A stretch of DNA of 57,068 nucleotides, filler included, from Sphacelaria rigidula (taxonomy: Eukaryota): assembly GCA_964200075.2 (NCBI GenBank). It is 4 parts of 4 records of this genome, joined end to end, with 100 filler letters (N's around TTAATTAATTAA, not from the genome) between each part and the next. Parts side by side here need not be neighbours in the genome. Positions count along the whole stretch, not along the records: positions 1 to 14,193 come from CAXNAA020002396.1; 3 more parts are not named here. The stretch is one strand, 5' to 3'. Each line of letters begins with the position of its first letter. Position 1 is the first letter of the stretch. The translations under genes were made by a program, and so were the position numbers. The notes under the pieces are model-generated. The model did no database searches. It was not told where the DNA came from and saw nothing but the letters and a program-made list of their open reading frames with translations. Shown one piece after another: positions 1-12,350 of the stretch.

Positions 1-699
1 ATGCGTTTCCGGTGATGAGATATTGCTCTGCCAGGTTAAATCCGTTTCTGGGCTGGCCCAGCTTGTAGCATCCCATCAAATGAGAAGCTGCGAAAAATGA
101 CGCGACCACCACATCTATTTATTTGGACGCTATGTGGGTCACAGCTATGCGAACTGAACCATAGCTACAAATATACATTCTCCCTTATCCTTCGGCGGGG
201 TTTTCGCTTGAAAAGACGGCGAGACGAATCATCACAGCTCGGGATGATTGAGCGCTCCTGACAGATTTTCCGCCAGATTTGAGGGTCTAGCGTTGATCTA
301 GAGGAATACTCGTGATTTGCTTCAACTTAACCAGTTTTGAAATCATTGTGTGCTGGCGCGTGTGAGTCATCCGACGATAGGGGAGGGGGGGGGGTATTTG
401 GGGTCCTTTCTTCCACGAAAGCAGCAACTGTACTGCGGATCGAACGCGGTTGTTATCGGTAAATAACACTCATTCATACTGCTTGACATCGCTTTCACCC
501 AGACTCGAGCGCATCGCGAGTATGTCATGTCGTCCGACACACCCACAAGAGCCTCTTCTCGTGTAATCACCCCCCCCCCCCCCCTTATCCCGTCCCCTGT
601 CGTAGGATCACTCGTGCTTCGACTGTAGTATTGTCGTGTGCCGACAGCTGTCCTACTCACGGATATTAGAGGCTCCAGTAGTGTCATGCTACTGTAGAG

Positions 700-1400
700 A
701 GCATACAAGGTCTCGTATAATGACTGGAGAGGCATTTTGGAACCGAGACTGTTCGAAGCAGGAACTGACTATTTCTGGAATCTTGAGTTCCGGACTCCTC
801 CTACTTGACAAGACTGGTGCAATTCAAACATACTTGACGTTCATCCCACGGCCAATAGCTTTTATTCTAGTCGCTCCTTGCCTGACTCGGCGGTGTATTC
901 GCGAAGAAAAACGCCGGTCGATGAGTGAATGGAACAGTATTTCCGATTTTTGGATGTCCCTCTCAATCAAAGGCCAGACTCTCAATATACCAATACCGCT
1001 GATTCTCTTGTCCACGTGTGAGGATGTCACGTCGCCCTTCCATGATCATTGCCATGGTGCGCGTGGTTTGACTTCGGATCAAGACCACACATGGAAAATT
1101 CCGAAAAAAAGTCAGAAGATCCCAACATCTCGGAGGACCTACCACACTATGGATTTTACTTTATACCTTTTCTTGGCGTCAAGTCAAATAACGTGCTGCC
1201 CAAACCGTCCAAGTATACCAGAGTCCTCCTATCATGCAGAGTAGAACCAACTATTCCCATCCGTCACAAACCATCTCGATACTTTGTCACGGAGCAAGTC
1301 GCCGAGGGGGGCACATGGACATTTATTCAAGAAAAAAAGCGATTCCGTTGCAATTCAAAGTGGCCTACAGCCACTCTGTACAGGCCATGATATGACTACT
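700..1400 (+). pseudogene. Possible degenerate reverse transcriptase remnant, Penelope-like
   Basis: Frameshifted fragments IIAM(V) (~1046), FYFIPFLGV..PKP and SIPESSYH resemble the GxAMG, xPFLDx and YIPxxSxHP motifs of Penelope-like RTs. Heavily decayed. Confidence 0.3.
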
Positions 1401-1721
1401 GTATGAAGCTTTTCGCTCCCTCTTTCTTGGTTTACAGCCAAACTTCCTACACCAAAAACAGAAGAAAAAAAAAAGACGAAACCCTCTCATAATTCAGCCC
1501 CGACAGTTGAGTTAGTCAGTTGGAGGCTGCCCAGTCCTCTGGCCGCCTCTTTATGCGCCGAACATTGCCGAGGGGCACACATATGCGCTTGAAGATCAAG
1601 CATCTCCCTTGTCTCCGTAAGACGAGGCGAAGCGGTAAAACGAGGCGAAAGCCTCGACTCCTTAACAAATCTGGTCAAGGCACAAGTCTCCTACTCTTTC
1701 ACATGTCGGAAACGAGCTTAA

Positions 1722-1819
1722 CCCTTAGATCGCGAGGTTAGTCTTCTGTTGAATCGGCATCAACTTCAGGTGAAAAAAAGTATGCATGATCCAGAAAGAC
1801 TAATCTCGCGGTCTAAGGG
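1722..1819. mobile_element. 98-bp piggyBac-type MITE (copy 1)
   Basis: TTAA at 1718-1721 and 1820-1823. Imperfect TIRs CCCTTAGATCGCGAGGTTAGTCTT / AAGACTAATCTCGCGGTCTAAGGG. Related copies at 18661 and 23248. Confidence 0.8.
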
Positions 1820-1959
1820 TTAATGGGAAATGGGTACCTGTCCTCATGAATAATGGACGCACTGCAGGACTGCGGTAAGGTATGGGCACACAAACGCGGG
1901 TAAGCAGGGATTGGGTCTACAAACCCGATAGATCCTGCCCCCCTCACATACCATATCAT

Positions 1960-2474
1960 ACCCTTGTCCGGCGAAAACTGGGCGTGCTCTGTCCCGGCTG
2001 AGTAAGGACGGACCCCCTATGGGGCTGGCATCGGTTGCCGATGACGCTGTGAAACACGCCACTCACCGCGTAAGCTAGGCAACCAGGTCGTCGAGCTACA
2101 TCATCATGTGCCGGTGGGAGAACTTCAATTCCGCGCAAAGGGATTCATCATATGACGTGATGTTCAAATGGTGAGACACCCATCAGGCAGTGTAAAAGCC
2201 GGGGCTGTCTCTGGAAGTAGCGATACCAGAAAATGAAGCAACTCATTGGAGGCTGTCATCCAAATGCAAGACGACCAGAACGCTTGGGGCCGGGCAATCT
2301 TGGCAGGACGCAGCCTACCCGTCATGCGACTCGCTTAACACATCACGGCGTTTCGCGCTCGGTGACTAATTGCGAGCATGATCCGGCGAAAACCTGGCGT
2401 GCTCCGTCTCGGTTTTGTAGGGACGCGAGTTCAACGGCCGTTTGACTACGGCATGCAACATCATGAGGACAATA
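1960..2474 (+). mobile_element. Non-autonomous non-LTR retroelement, family A (copy 1)
   Basis: Homologous to 28586-28826, 46137-46629, 53681-53777 and 54232-54744. Ends ...CATGAGGACAATA followed by a C-tract at 2475. Confidence 0.8.
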
Positions 2475-2729
2475 CCCCCCCCCCCCCCGCGCCCCCCTCC
2501 TCCTTTTTGCACAAGACCAACACGCTGCGCAGTAGATGGTTCAGCAGTCGCGGCGTACGCCCATGAGGCATCACAGTAGTTTCACCGCCCCGGCATTACT
2601 TCATTTCGAACAGCCCACCAACCCACCCAGACATTGACGTGCGTCCGGGAACTACTTCTAAGCTGTATTATCGTATTATCTCTTTGAGATTTGCGGCTTT
2701 TCGATCAAGTTAACCCTGCTCCAAGGTTC

Positions 2730-5720
2730 ACCACCACCACTCCATCGCCAATCTCGAGAGAACAAAGCGAGGAGAAACATCAAGCAGTTGCGTACCCCTG
2801 ACACGACTCCGTTTACACAAATCTGGGTGGATGCGTGTATATGGAGCTACGCTTACGAGGACTCCTCTGGCTCCAATCTGCTGGTACCAACCGACACCGT
2901 ATAAGCGGCTTTCCAGCCTGAAAAGTATGTATCGACCACTCGAGAGCCAACATTGTGGTAGCTTTCCGTCCCCTCCATCTATCTTGGACGCTAGTGCTGA
3001 ACAGCCCAATCCAACCTCCCCCCCCCTCGGTCCCGCTCCCTCCATGTCGCCCGTTCGCGAGAGCTCTCCCGGGTTGAGCCTGGATCCTCCGCTGCCCGAA
3101 CCTACAAGTCAGGGGCAGGTATTACAAGACGTACGAACGAACAAAGCGAACGATAAAGTCGTCGTAACTCGCGACATTAGTCCTCGACCGGTTGCTTCAA
3201 TAAAGCCAACACCCCGGAACGTGGTTTCCGTGACTGCGGATAATATAGCACCACATCGTGTGCCTTTATCGCTTATACCCGCCCGTCGTGGTAAAAGAGC
3301 CAATGTGTTGGGCCCGCATATTCCTTCCTCTCCATCTCGCGGCCTGATCTCTACATCTATGTACCGTTGTCTTCCATTTCGTGCACCGTTGGAGTAGTGT
3401 ACCTGAGCATGCCAGCGTTTCCCCCCCCAAACATGAGTGCCTCATCGTGAGCTACGCGCATGGCTCTCTGCGGATGCTTACTTCCCCCCGTGCCGCCTGC
3501 TCGTCGTTTTTCCGTAGTCCAATTCGCCTGAGAATGTAGTATTCGTTCATCAGGAAAAAACATAAAAACGACCACCATAAGGTGAAGCAAAAGCCTTAAA
3601 CCGGGTGGTGAACGAGCGCGTGCACACACCGTGTTGCTGAACAGCTCCAAAGAGGAAACCTTTCACTGCCATGACAAGCAAGGCACAACTTGCCTGCGAG
3701 CTTCCTCACTCACCCATCCAAACACACCCCGCGCCCCCCTCCTCCTGAGCCCCTCAGACATCTACATCAATCACATCACCAAGTTTTGCTTCACCTGAGA
3801 TATCAACACCCAGACAGATCTACCCGCATTGCCGCTGCGAAACTGCTGCAACTCTTCACTTCTGACACCATGCACAGCTTCCAGCGGAAGACGGTGAATC
3901 ATCATGCCTCGTTCCCGTCGCCGACCGCAACCGCGATCATAGCAGTCCGCGCCTGTCGTATAGAACTCCTTGGCGACACCAAGATACAGGAGGCGGGGGA
4001 GGAGTTAGAGAACTGATAACAGAAACCTCTACTTGGACAAGGAGGTTAGTTAAGCCACGGGAATGTTACCTTCAGTGAGGCACACTGCACCGACAGCCGA
4101 GTCTAGAGGCAAATGCCGTTCTGCACAGCACTCTGAAACATGCCACCTGCACTCCAACGGGGAACGGCCAAGTACAGTACCACGATTGGCTTGTCGAGGA
4201 TATCTATGCATGTGGAGAAGACAAACTCGTGAACAATCATGCAGCTGGCCACAAAATAGACAACTCTCTGGCGAAACCGGAGACCAGCAACGAGAATCTC
4301 CACAACATGACGTACTACCGTAGATGCTCACCTGCACTGACATCATCTTCACAGGGAGAATGCCTCTGCTCACTACTACTGTCCCAACCCTCATACGCCA
4401 AGCTACCGTCTTCTTTTCCACTCCGGCTTCTCACGGCCCCAGTAGGGCGACAGCGTAGTAACCATATTCTCAACCCCTCCACAGCACTCCGCGTTCAACT
4501 ATCTCCCCCTCCTTGTCGCTAGAACCGTCGCGGTACCATTCCCACTCGGCCTGCATGTCCCCCCGCCCGTTCGTCGTGGTATGAGCTACGAAAGTCACTC
4601 CACTCCAGCACGGCAAAACACTCCCAATAGACTCATGATCCACGCCTCCCTGCTACGCTTGTGTTGGTGTACTGCTTGTACAGATGGTCAGCTGAAAAAG
4701 ACGACACGGTCACGCCCAGTATCGTCAAATCACCGCATCATTTGCTGTGGCCGCTGTTGCACGAGGCAGCCTCACCCTGCGCACTGAAGCACCACTTGTG
4801 CAGCACCCGGTCAAAGCCACAAGTCAAGAACAAGAAACAACACGAACAAGCGCCCACCGGAAACTCTCCTTCCCGCCTCCCTCTTTGTTGAATTTGGTGT
4901 TTTTGAAACCCTTTCGGCTTCATGTGTATGGATGCCAACTATGTTCAGTGTCAACGTGACCCTCACACCGCGTGGCAAACCCTCCACGGTAGCACGTTGT
5001 GATTCCTCGCAAGCTGAAACATCGGCTACTCTGGGGACAACACAACAATACGAACCTCCCTTTACCCCCCCCAGAACAAGGGGCACCATCCTTCGTTCCA
5101 TCATGTTTCTCCTACGGCATTGACAGCCGGGTGGCTCCGTAGGCCTCAAGTAGACGGTGTCGGGGTACAGTATCGTATCGCCGATGGTCATCGCCCGCCG
5201 CTGGGCACCACCACAGGATTCCATTCAAGCTCTCCGTTCCGCTGGCGTCCACCGTCTTCGACTCTAGAGCTGGTTTCACTCACGCTTGCCTTAGCATCAG
5301 CATCGCACGAGAGGTCCTTCCGCATGTTCGCTCACCATGCTCGTACACTCGCTGCATCCATCAATTGTCCTCGTCGTAGCACGGACAAGGCTACAAGAGG
5401 CTCTACATGCGCAAAACGCATACCCCCCGTGAACCTTCCCACTTGAACTCAGCGTCGAGCTCTAGTACGTTTTCACCAACCTGTTATACTCGCCCGGTCA
5501 CTGGATTATCCAACAGCATGCTGCTCCAAGCGAGGTCACGCCGGGCATACTGGCCATCATCTGCACGTGGCACACGAAATTGGTATCACTCCTGCTCACG
5601 GTTCAAGCTCGGTGGGCCATCTAGGCTTCTAACGTCTGCTTCGCCCCCGATCATGATGGCGCCGCGGTCACCTCAAGCAGCTGGAGATCGCCATACCGTT
5701 GGCGCTCGATGCACCGGCCG
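2730..5720 (-). mobile_element. Highly degenerate LTR retrotransposon (Ty1/Copia-like) internal remnant
   Basis: Minus-strand fragments resemble integrase (xFTVFRW..KS near 3860-3900; ELFSNTVCARARSP near 3610-3650), followed by the RT start (SGRYI..WKAA..RLxARG near 2860-2940). This is the Copia domain order. Many stops and frameshifts. Confidence 0.4.
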
Positions 5721-6155
5721 CTGAGACTGCTGGGTAAATGACGATGACTGCCCTGCTGTTCCCCACTGTCGTCCCCCTCCCCCCTCCCCGCTCCCCCGAC
5801 CTTGGCCCTTCGATCGCCCCGCTGTTCCCGCTCATCACCCCTCTCCCCTCCAACCTCAACCCTTTCCCCACGGTTGCCCATTTTCTAGTTTTTTTTGCGT
5901 TTTTCTACTTTTTATCGTCGAGTCGTTTTGCACCCGATGTATGTATCCACGACTGCTTTATCTGCCCACCCCCCCAACTCGCACAAACCCGCCACATGAT
6001 CGCTATGTCGAACCCAACGCCCGTTTCACCAAACCCACAAGCAGTCGCCGCTCTCACCGATCCTCTTTTTTTTTTTTCGTTGTATTTTCGTCTTCCCATC
6101 GCTTTTTGGTTTGTTGTTTTTCTTACCTTTGAAATACACCACATAATGGTACTAA

Positions 6156-6575
6156 CACGGGATCTTACAAATTGGGAATGGATCTTTTACTTGGGATGAG
6201 CAACCCGGAGAATTAAAATTTTCGTATACAAACCAAATATTTGAAATATGGTTCCATTTCTTCACCTACTGATAGCTATTGACAACTGCTACACTCCATA
6301 AAAACTTGGATTTCGATCCCCGAAATGTTGGGATCCTGGATGAAAAAACAATTTCGGAGCCATTTTGGCGTCCGTTCGGACACCCGAAATTCCCCAATAT
6401 TGGTTTTCACCTAGGATCACGACATCTTGGTGATCGAAATCGAGATTTGTATGGCGTGTAGCAGTTGTCAATAGCTATCAGTGAGAGAAGGAATGGAACC
6501 ATATTTCGAAGATTTGGTGTGGATACGAAGATTTTAATCTCCGGGTCTCTCATCCCCAATTTGTAAGATCCCGTG
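6156..6575. mobile_element. Palindromic (foldback) MITE, CACGG...CCGTG family (copy 1)
   Basis: Termini CACGGGATCTTACAAATTGGG / CCCAATTTGTAAGATCCCGTG. Nearly the whole element is self-complementary. Second copy at 43226-43663. Confidence 0.85.
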
Positions 6576-7132
6576 TTTACTATGGTACTATACTCATGCC
6601 GCCGCTACGTGGCCCGCGCGAAGGGCTGAAAAAAAACGATATCAACCAGTGTGTACCAATTTCACATGCAGACCCGCGTATCTCTCCGCCGAATGTGATA
6701 AGGTGGCCATCTGTCAAAAACATGCTGACGGTGCAAACGTAGTCACAGGTGTGAGCCCTCCTGCACCCACTAACAAGCGTCCATTAGTCGTCAGTACTGG
6801 CAAAAGGCCCTCCGCTCTGGCATGCATGATCACGAGTACATTCTGCATTAAACACGAATAGCACAGGTCGGAGACACGGCGGCGTCGGGGGGGGGGGGAA
6901 GCAGGGGCGCCACGGAACTTGTGATGTGATGCACGTCTTCAGCTAGAACTTGAGCGCCCCATCAGGTGAACGAGCACCAGTGCAAAAAAACATGCAGTCA
7001 TAGTCTGTGTTGGGCCCGCTGAAAGCAAGCGAGAGAGGCAACTCACGGCTGCTCAGAAGCAAAGGAAGAATTGCACAGTGTACTGGCAGCACCCCGCGCA
7101 CTTTCACTCGTTGCTCCCCGCTGGCAAAGTTT

Positions 7133-7134
7133 CG

Positions 7135-7190
<56 letters not shown>
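7133..7190. repeat. (CG)5(CA)24 microsatellite
   Basis: Read directly from the sequence. Confidence 0.95.
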
Positions 7191-7194
<4 letters not shown>

Positions 7195-7919
7195 ACTTCC
7201 GCGTCGGGTGCTGTAGAGGCATGTGCCCTCGCCACCGGAATGACACACCACAGCCCAACGGAAGGCCTGTTGCGCGCACGGAGCGTGGTCGAAGCCAGTA
7301 CTATTACAAGGTACACGGCGTCGAAGCAAACTTTTTCAGGTGTACGAGCTAGGCCAGCCAAGAACAGGCGTGAATCTCGCTCAGGCGACGCACGGCGTGA
7401 TATTAGGATTGGACGCTGAAATTTCGACACCAGCTTTTAATGATCGAAATGCAGAAGATCATGTGACCAGCAAAAAAAAAGAAAGGAGGTTATGGGGATT
7501 AGAAATTTCAGCAAAAACAAGGCAATGCCAGAAGTCCAGGAAAGAAATGAAAATCTGCATCTGCTCACGTGATGTATCATTTCCTTGGGTGCAAAAGGTC
7601 TTCCTGAAATTTCAGCTCAAGAGTCGTTGAATTGGGCCGTGCGTGCAACATTTTGCGTGACGCTGCTGCACCCCGATGATTCAAGTGATGAGAGACTCCG
7701 ATTATGCAGGTCATGAGTTCGAATCCCCACAGATTCTCATTTATTTTTCGTCCGTAGTTGAGGGTATATATTGTGCAGCATATTATTTTCCATTTTTTCT
7801 TTTTTCATTCAACGACGGTGCCGTATGTTACCAGGTTAGTCTGCACTTCACAGTGATATGCTTACATCGGGTTTATTCGGGAAACTGTGGAAGCTGTGGT
7901 GTGAGCAACTTTTAGCAGC

Positions 7920-10850
7920 TTTTAAGCTGGCCCAGCTCGTGGCCCAACGCCGTTTGCTTCGAAAATTGTACTACACGACAGCAATTCGACGGTACTCCCG
8001 CCGAGGCTAGGCGGGTGAGAGCGTATTACCGGCAACCCGCATCTATTCGGACAAAGCAATAAACAATATACTTTCTGAATGAAGCATTTGGTGGACATGC
8101 TAAATTCCAAAATTCCAATGTCGATTCTGGGCAATGATAACGTGTACACCTGATTCAACAAATTGACCTACTACGGATAGACCGACAATTATGGCGTCGC
8201 GATGATCGAATATACCTCATCCAAACGGGAGGACCAACGGGTTAGACGTGGCTTCCGCACGGGTCGAGTCATATCCCGCGGTGCTAACGTCGCATGAAGC
8301 TTACAGCAGCTCAATAGACGGGCGCCGACCTATCCTTTTACCTTTCGACAGCTGCCGGCCTGAAAACCGAGCATTTTTTTCATCAGGTGTACTACACTCA
8401 ACACATCATCAGGAGCCTGAGATTCCATGTGCGACACAGACGAGAATATACAACACACTTGAAAAAAAAGCTTGTTCGAGGTAGGGCGTACATGGTTTGT
8501 TCGGGAACGGGTACAAAGATGTCCCGGGGGTGGTATCTACCGATTTGCTTTGTTGCGAGCGAACTACTACGTTTGTGGCTACGCCAGAGGTACATGAGAG
8601 ACCGTACTACGTAGACGTTTCAGTGGTGGGATCTATTGATACGTGTCCAGGGCGTCAATGCCCGCTCGACACGGCGTCCTGTGTCGAAAGACACTCCCTC
8701 GTGGGCGTATTTCGGGAAAGGATGAAGCGATTTCAAAAGTGGTGCAGGGGAGGGTAGCATTCAGGATATGGTAATTGGGGGTATGTGTACCACAGAAGCA
8801 GGCATCGATGGGTGCTCGTTACTTCCGGCAGTCGATAGGCCAGGTGCTGTGGAGTAAGTACTCTTGTCATGTCGGCGGTCGACACTCCAGGTGGCCAACA
8901 ACACGCGGGAGCACTTGGAGATTCTGTACCCCGGGTGGTCTACAGTACTGTACTCAGTATTTTCTGTAACCGACGCCCCGGCTACTCTGGGTTGCTTGGA
9001 ACTGTAGATACCCTGAAAACTCAGGGTGCTGCCGCGATATGCGGAAGCAACATAGTCTTCAGGGTTAGGGTACTCTGACAATTTCTTGACAGCCCTGCTG
9101 CACCTCGAACATGATATGACGTTGCGCTGCACATTCTGTCATTTCAGTTGCACACTGCCGTGGTGTAATGTTTCATAGGATGGTCGATACCTTTCGCATT
9201 TGATACTGCAGGTACCCTGCCTGGATATCCCCGGTATTCTGGTGATGTGGGGTGTTGGCGTCGTTGGATTTCCACTCATGATATGCACCAAGAAAAAACA
9301 GGAAGCCTCCTGCGGGTTTGTTTCTCCTCTATCTGTCGTAGAACAGCTCATATCCATGTCGTCCTCAAACTTGGCAGGCCCGTAGGTGTCGGTGCTCCAA
9401 TTGGAGAAAAAATGGTTTCTTGACAAATACTTCAAAGTTTCTCCGCTTTTCACCGGCTTCCGGGGGTCTTGACGCTCAGATACCCCTCGGAGGCCGGTAC
9501 AGAACGCACCAGGACAAAACAGGAAAACATTCCCGGGCAGTAAAAGAAACATACGTACAAAGTTTGGTTGCGAACACTCGAAACCCTCATGTAGTTTTTC
9601 TCCGATCAACGTTGAACATACCCGAAAAAGACGGTTTCATACGAAAATCAAATAGTGAGGAGTGTGCACGTTTCAAGCTTACTCCATCGCACAAGAGCGG
9701 CAGTGTCTACGCCGATCACTAGAGTGAGACTCTAAAACTTTACACACATGTACTATGGGACATGACACAACTTTGTATGCATGGGACCATGCGACTTTAG
9801 TCCCCCCGCCAGTCCACGGGGGTCCCAAAGGGGCATGTGGCCCCCCAGAGCATTGGGACCCGGGAGAAATGGTGACAAAAAAGTCGAAGTCGTAAGATTC
9901 CATTCATGCACAGTTTCGTAGCGTTCCAGAGTTCATGTGTGCAGTTTTCAGAGTCTGACTCGAAGAATCGGCGTGAACATTTGCGCATGAGTGAATTTGG
10001 GTGTACAGCGTGAACCAACCACCCTTGAGCGACTTCATTTCCCACGGAAGGAATGACGGAGGGAAGCGAACCATTGAAGAGCGGTGCAGGCACTCTAGCA
10101 ACATATCTTTCGCCTTCACAGGCATCACGGACCACCCGCACATGAGAAAACACAGAACTTCCCTGGTGAGAATGTCGGGGACGGTATCGACCGAAATCAG
10201 GTCCATTAAGGGGGCGTGAGGTGGTCCATAAACCAAGAGGGTGCTGTGTACGTGTCTAGGGGTATCATCATACATGCGTAACGGATGGAAACGACGGAGA
10301 ACACCAGCTGTGAGCGTGTTTACGGAGGGACTGAAACGGGGTGGGGGTAGTGACACATGAACGTGGCAGCATGCAGATGCTGCATGATGAAGTCACCCAT
10401 GAATCCCGGAAACAGAGCATCTGGGGTACACCAAAGAAGTTTTGTCATCACGTCGAACATCGTCGGTGGGCTTGTTCGAATGCTGTGATCGGAGGCTTTC
10501 GGAACATCGGTTATCTAAGCATGTCCCCTGCCTGCCTGAGTCGAGGCGTGTGACGGAACTCACCGAATCCAAACGACGACACGCCGAAAGCTTCATGTAT
10601 TGCCGGATATCGGAACATCCCCCAACTCCTGCAGAGAACAAGTTCGTTTCTTCTCAAAACCTGACCGCTTCTTTTGAACGAGCCTTGCCAACATGTTTGG
10701 GGTGGCGGGAAGCGTGAGAGACTCTCCGACATGTCCACCGCAAGCTGAAATCACCGGGAGATCTCTTTGTCATTCCAGCATGCATGTTTTTCAGACCAAA
10801 ACCAAGACAAACAGCTGAGCACAGTCTTCTCTACGGCAACTGTGAATCAC
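7920..10850 (-). pseudogene. Probable KDZ-type (Kyakuja-Dileera-Zisupton) transposase fossil
   Basis: Ordered minus-strand fragments VVSCPI..C, TLPLLCDGVSL (~9675-9707), LVCVAHGIS (~8420-8445) and SCCKLHATLAPRD (~8272-8311) resemble the CxC/KDZ motifs CDGxSL, CxHGI and YDxACKL. Boundaries are approximate. Confidence 0.4.
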
Positions 10851-11079
10851 GATTGAAGCTCCACACATGCACACGCAGTGGCTACAACCGCGACTCGCAC
10901 TCCTCACATGTTGCTTTTCATAAATAGTCGAGGTGGGGCGTCAGCGAGTAGTTTCCAGGAGAGGTGTACCCATGGTCGCTTTCAATCACATTCGCATGCA
11001 TTGTTCACCATCCATACATTCCGTCGCGTTTTGTTCGCTGTTTTCCGTTACTGCAGCACCATCAACAACGATAGTGATA

Positions 11080-11560
11080 TACTTCCTCAGTCCCATGCGT
11101 GGTGGTGGTTATGTGTGCACGGGCCTTTGACAGCGTCCGAATCGATCTCTGTCCTTTTTGCTGCACTCTTTGGCGTCTTTTTCAGTTCAAACAACTTTTG
11201 CTTTTTTCAACACTTGATGCTTGACCCATGCGGCCGAACCGACGCTAAAAAATCAGTCAGCCCCCAAATGGGCGTAGTTTGCCCCTTCTCCGGGGGGGGG
11301 GGGGAGGGGGCGGCATAAAAAGGAAAACAAAGACAAAAATATGGGGGGACGGGGAACAAGCTCAAAACTCTTCATTTTAGCCTGCTTCTTGTTCAAAGGC
11401 CAACTAGCTATATCTCGTCCCAAACCACGTTGATCACGCCATCACTCCTGTCTAGCACGAAAATGGTTAAAAACAGTCTGGTTTGACTAGAATCGGATCC
11501 CAAGTGGCCATCTCCGTACAAATTTTCACACGAAATGTTGTATAACATACAATACTAAGC
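11080..11560. repeat. Dispersed repeat shared with 24770-25250
   Basis: Colinear matches, e.g. TGCACGG(G/A)CC(T/C)TTGAC and TGCTTGACCCATGC(G/A)GCCG, in both copies. Confidence 0.55.
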
Positions 11561-12271
11561 AATACGACACATGCTATTCGTCATTTATTTTTCTCCTCTT
11601 TTCTTGTTCTGTCAGCTATCTTCACAGTTCCACCTCTTCACCGATCCCAGCTCAATCACCGTAAGCGCCTCCGTTCGGGAGACACGACCTGCACACCCCA
11701 TAACCAACCAAACTTAGAGGTACGGGACAGAGGACAGATCACCCGAACGTTCCTGTCCTGTTTTCGCCATTTTAGTTTTCTGAAATTTCACGAGCATATG
11801 GACGATACAACATTCCAACCACAAATTAATTTCACAGTTTCGGGGAGACTTCTTCATTCTTCACGACAAGCTGCCTTTGGAAGGGTTACAGGTGACTACA
11901 CTCGAAGTCGACCACTATCACAACCTAGAGATTGAGGTCGACGAAATCAAACAAAAAAAACTCACATGGCCGGAGATGTGGGTTTTGTTCTCAGTTAGAG
12001 TCTCCGCTCCGTTCAGCGCTCGCGCATGCGCCGTTCCCCGCGGCCGTACTCTCCAACTGCTCAGAATAGCCCACGGGCGGTAGGCGCGGACGGGGGGATG
12101 GCGAAGATGGCATGCAATGAACAGACAAACCTGCCAAAAGTGGTGCAATTCACTTCGTATCCCACCCACCGCTGTTAGCCAAGACTATCTGGACCATCAC
12201 TATTTTCCCCCCTCGACCCTTACTCTTACTCTACACCAACACGCCGACAGCAAACGGAATTTCGCAACCCA

Positions 12272-12350
12272 TTGGTGAGGTGTCTACATCATGGATGGTC
12301 ACACCTCAACGGAGGTGGGTGAGGTGTCTACATCATAGATGGTCACAACT
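12272..12350. repeat. Short tandem duplication (period ~46 bp)
   Basis: GGTGAGGTGTCTACATCAT(G/A)GATGGTCACA occurs twice. Confidence 0.85.

Noticed and set aside
6943-7430. ORFs with CVCVCV / HTHTHT runs
   Set aside because: They are translations of the (CA)n microsatellite.
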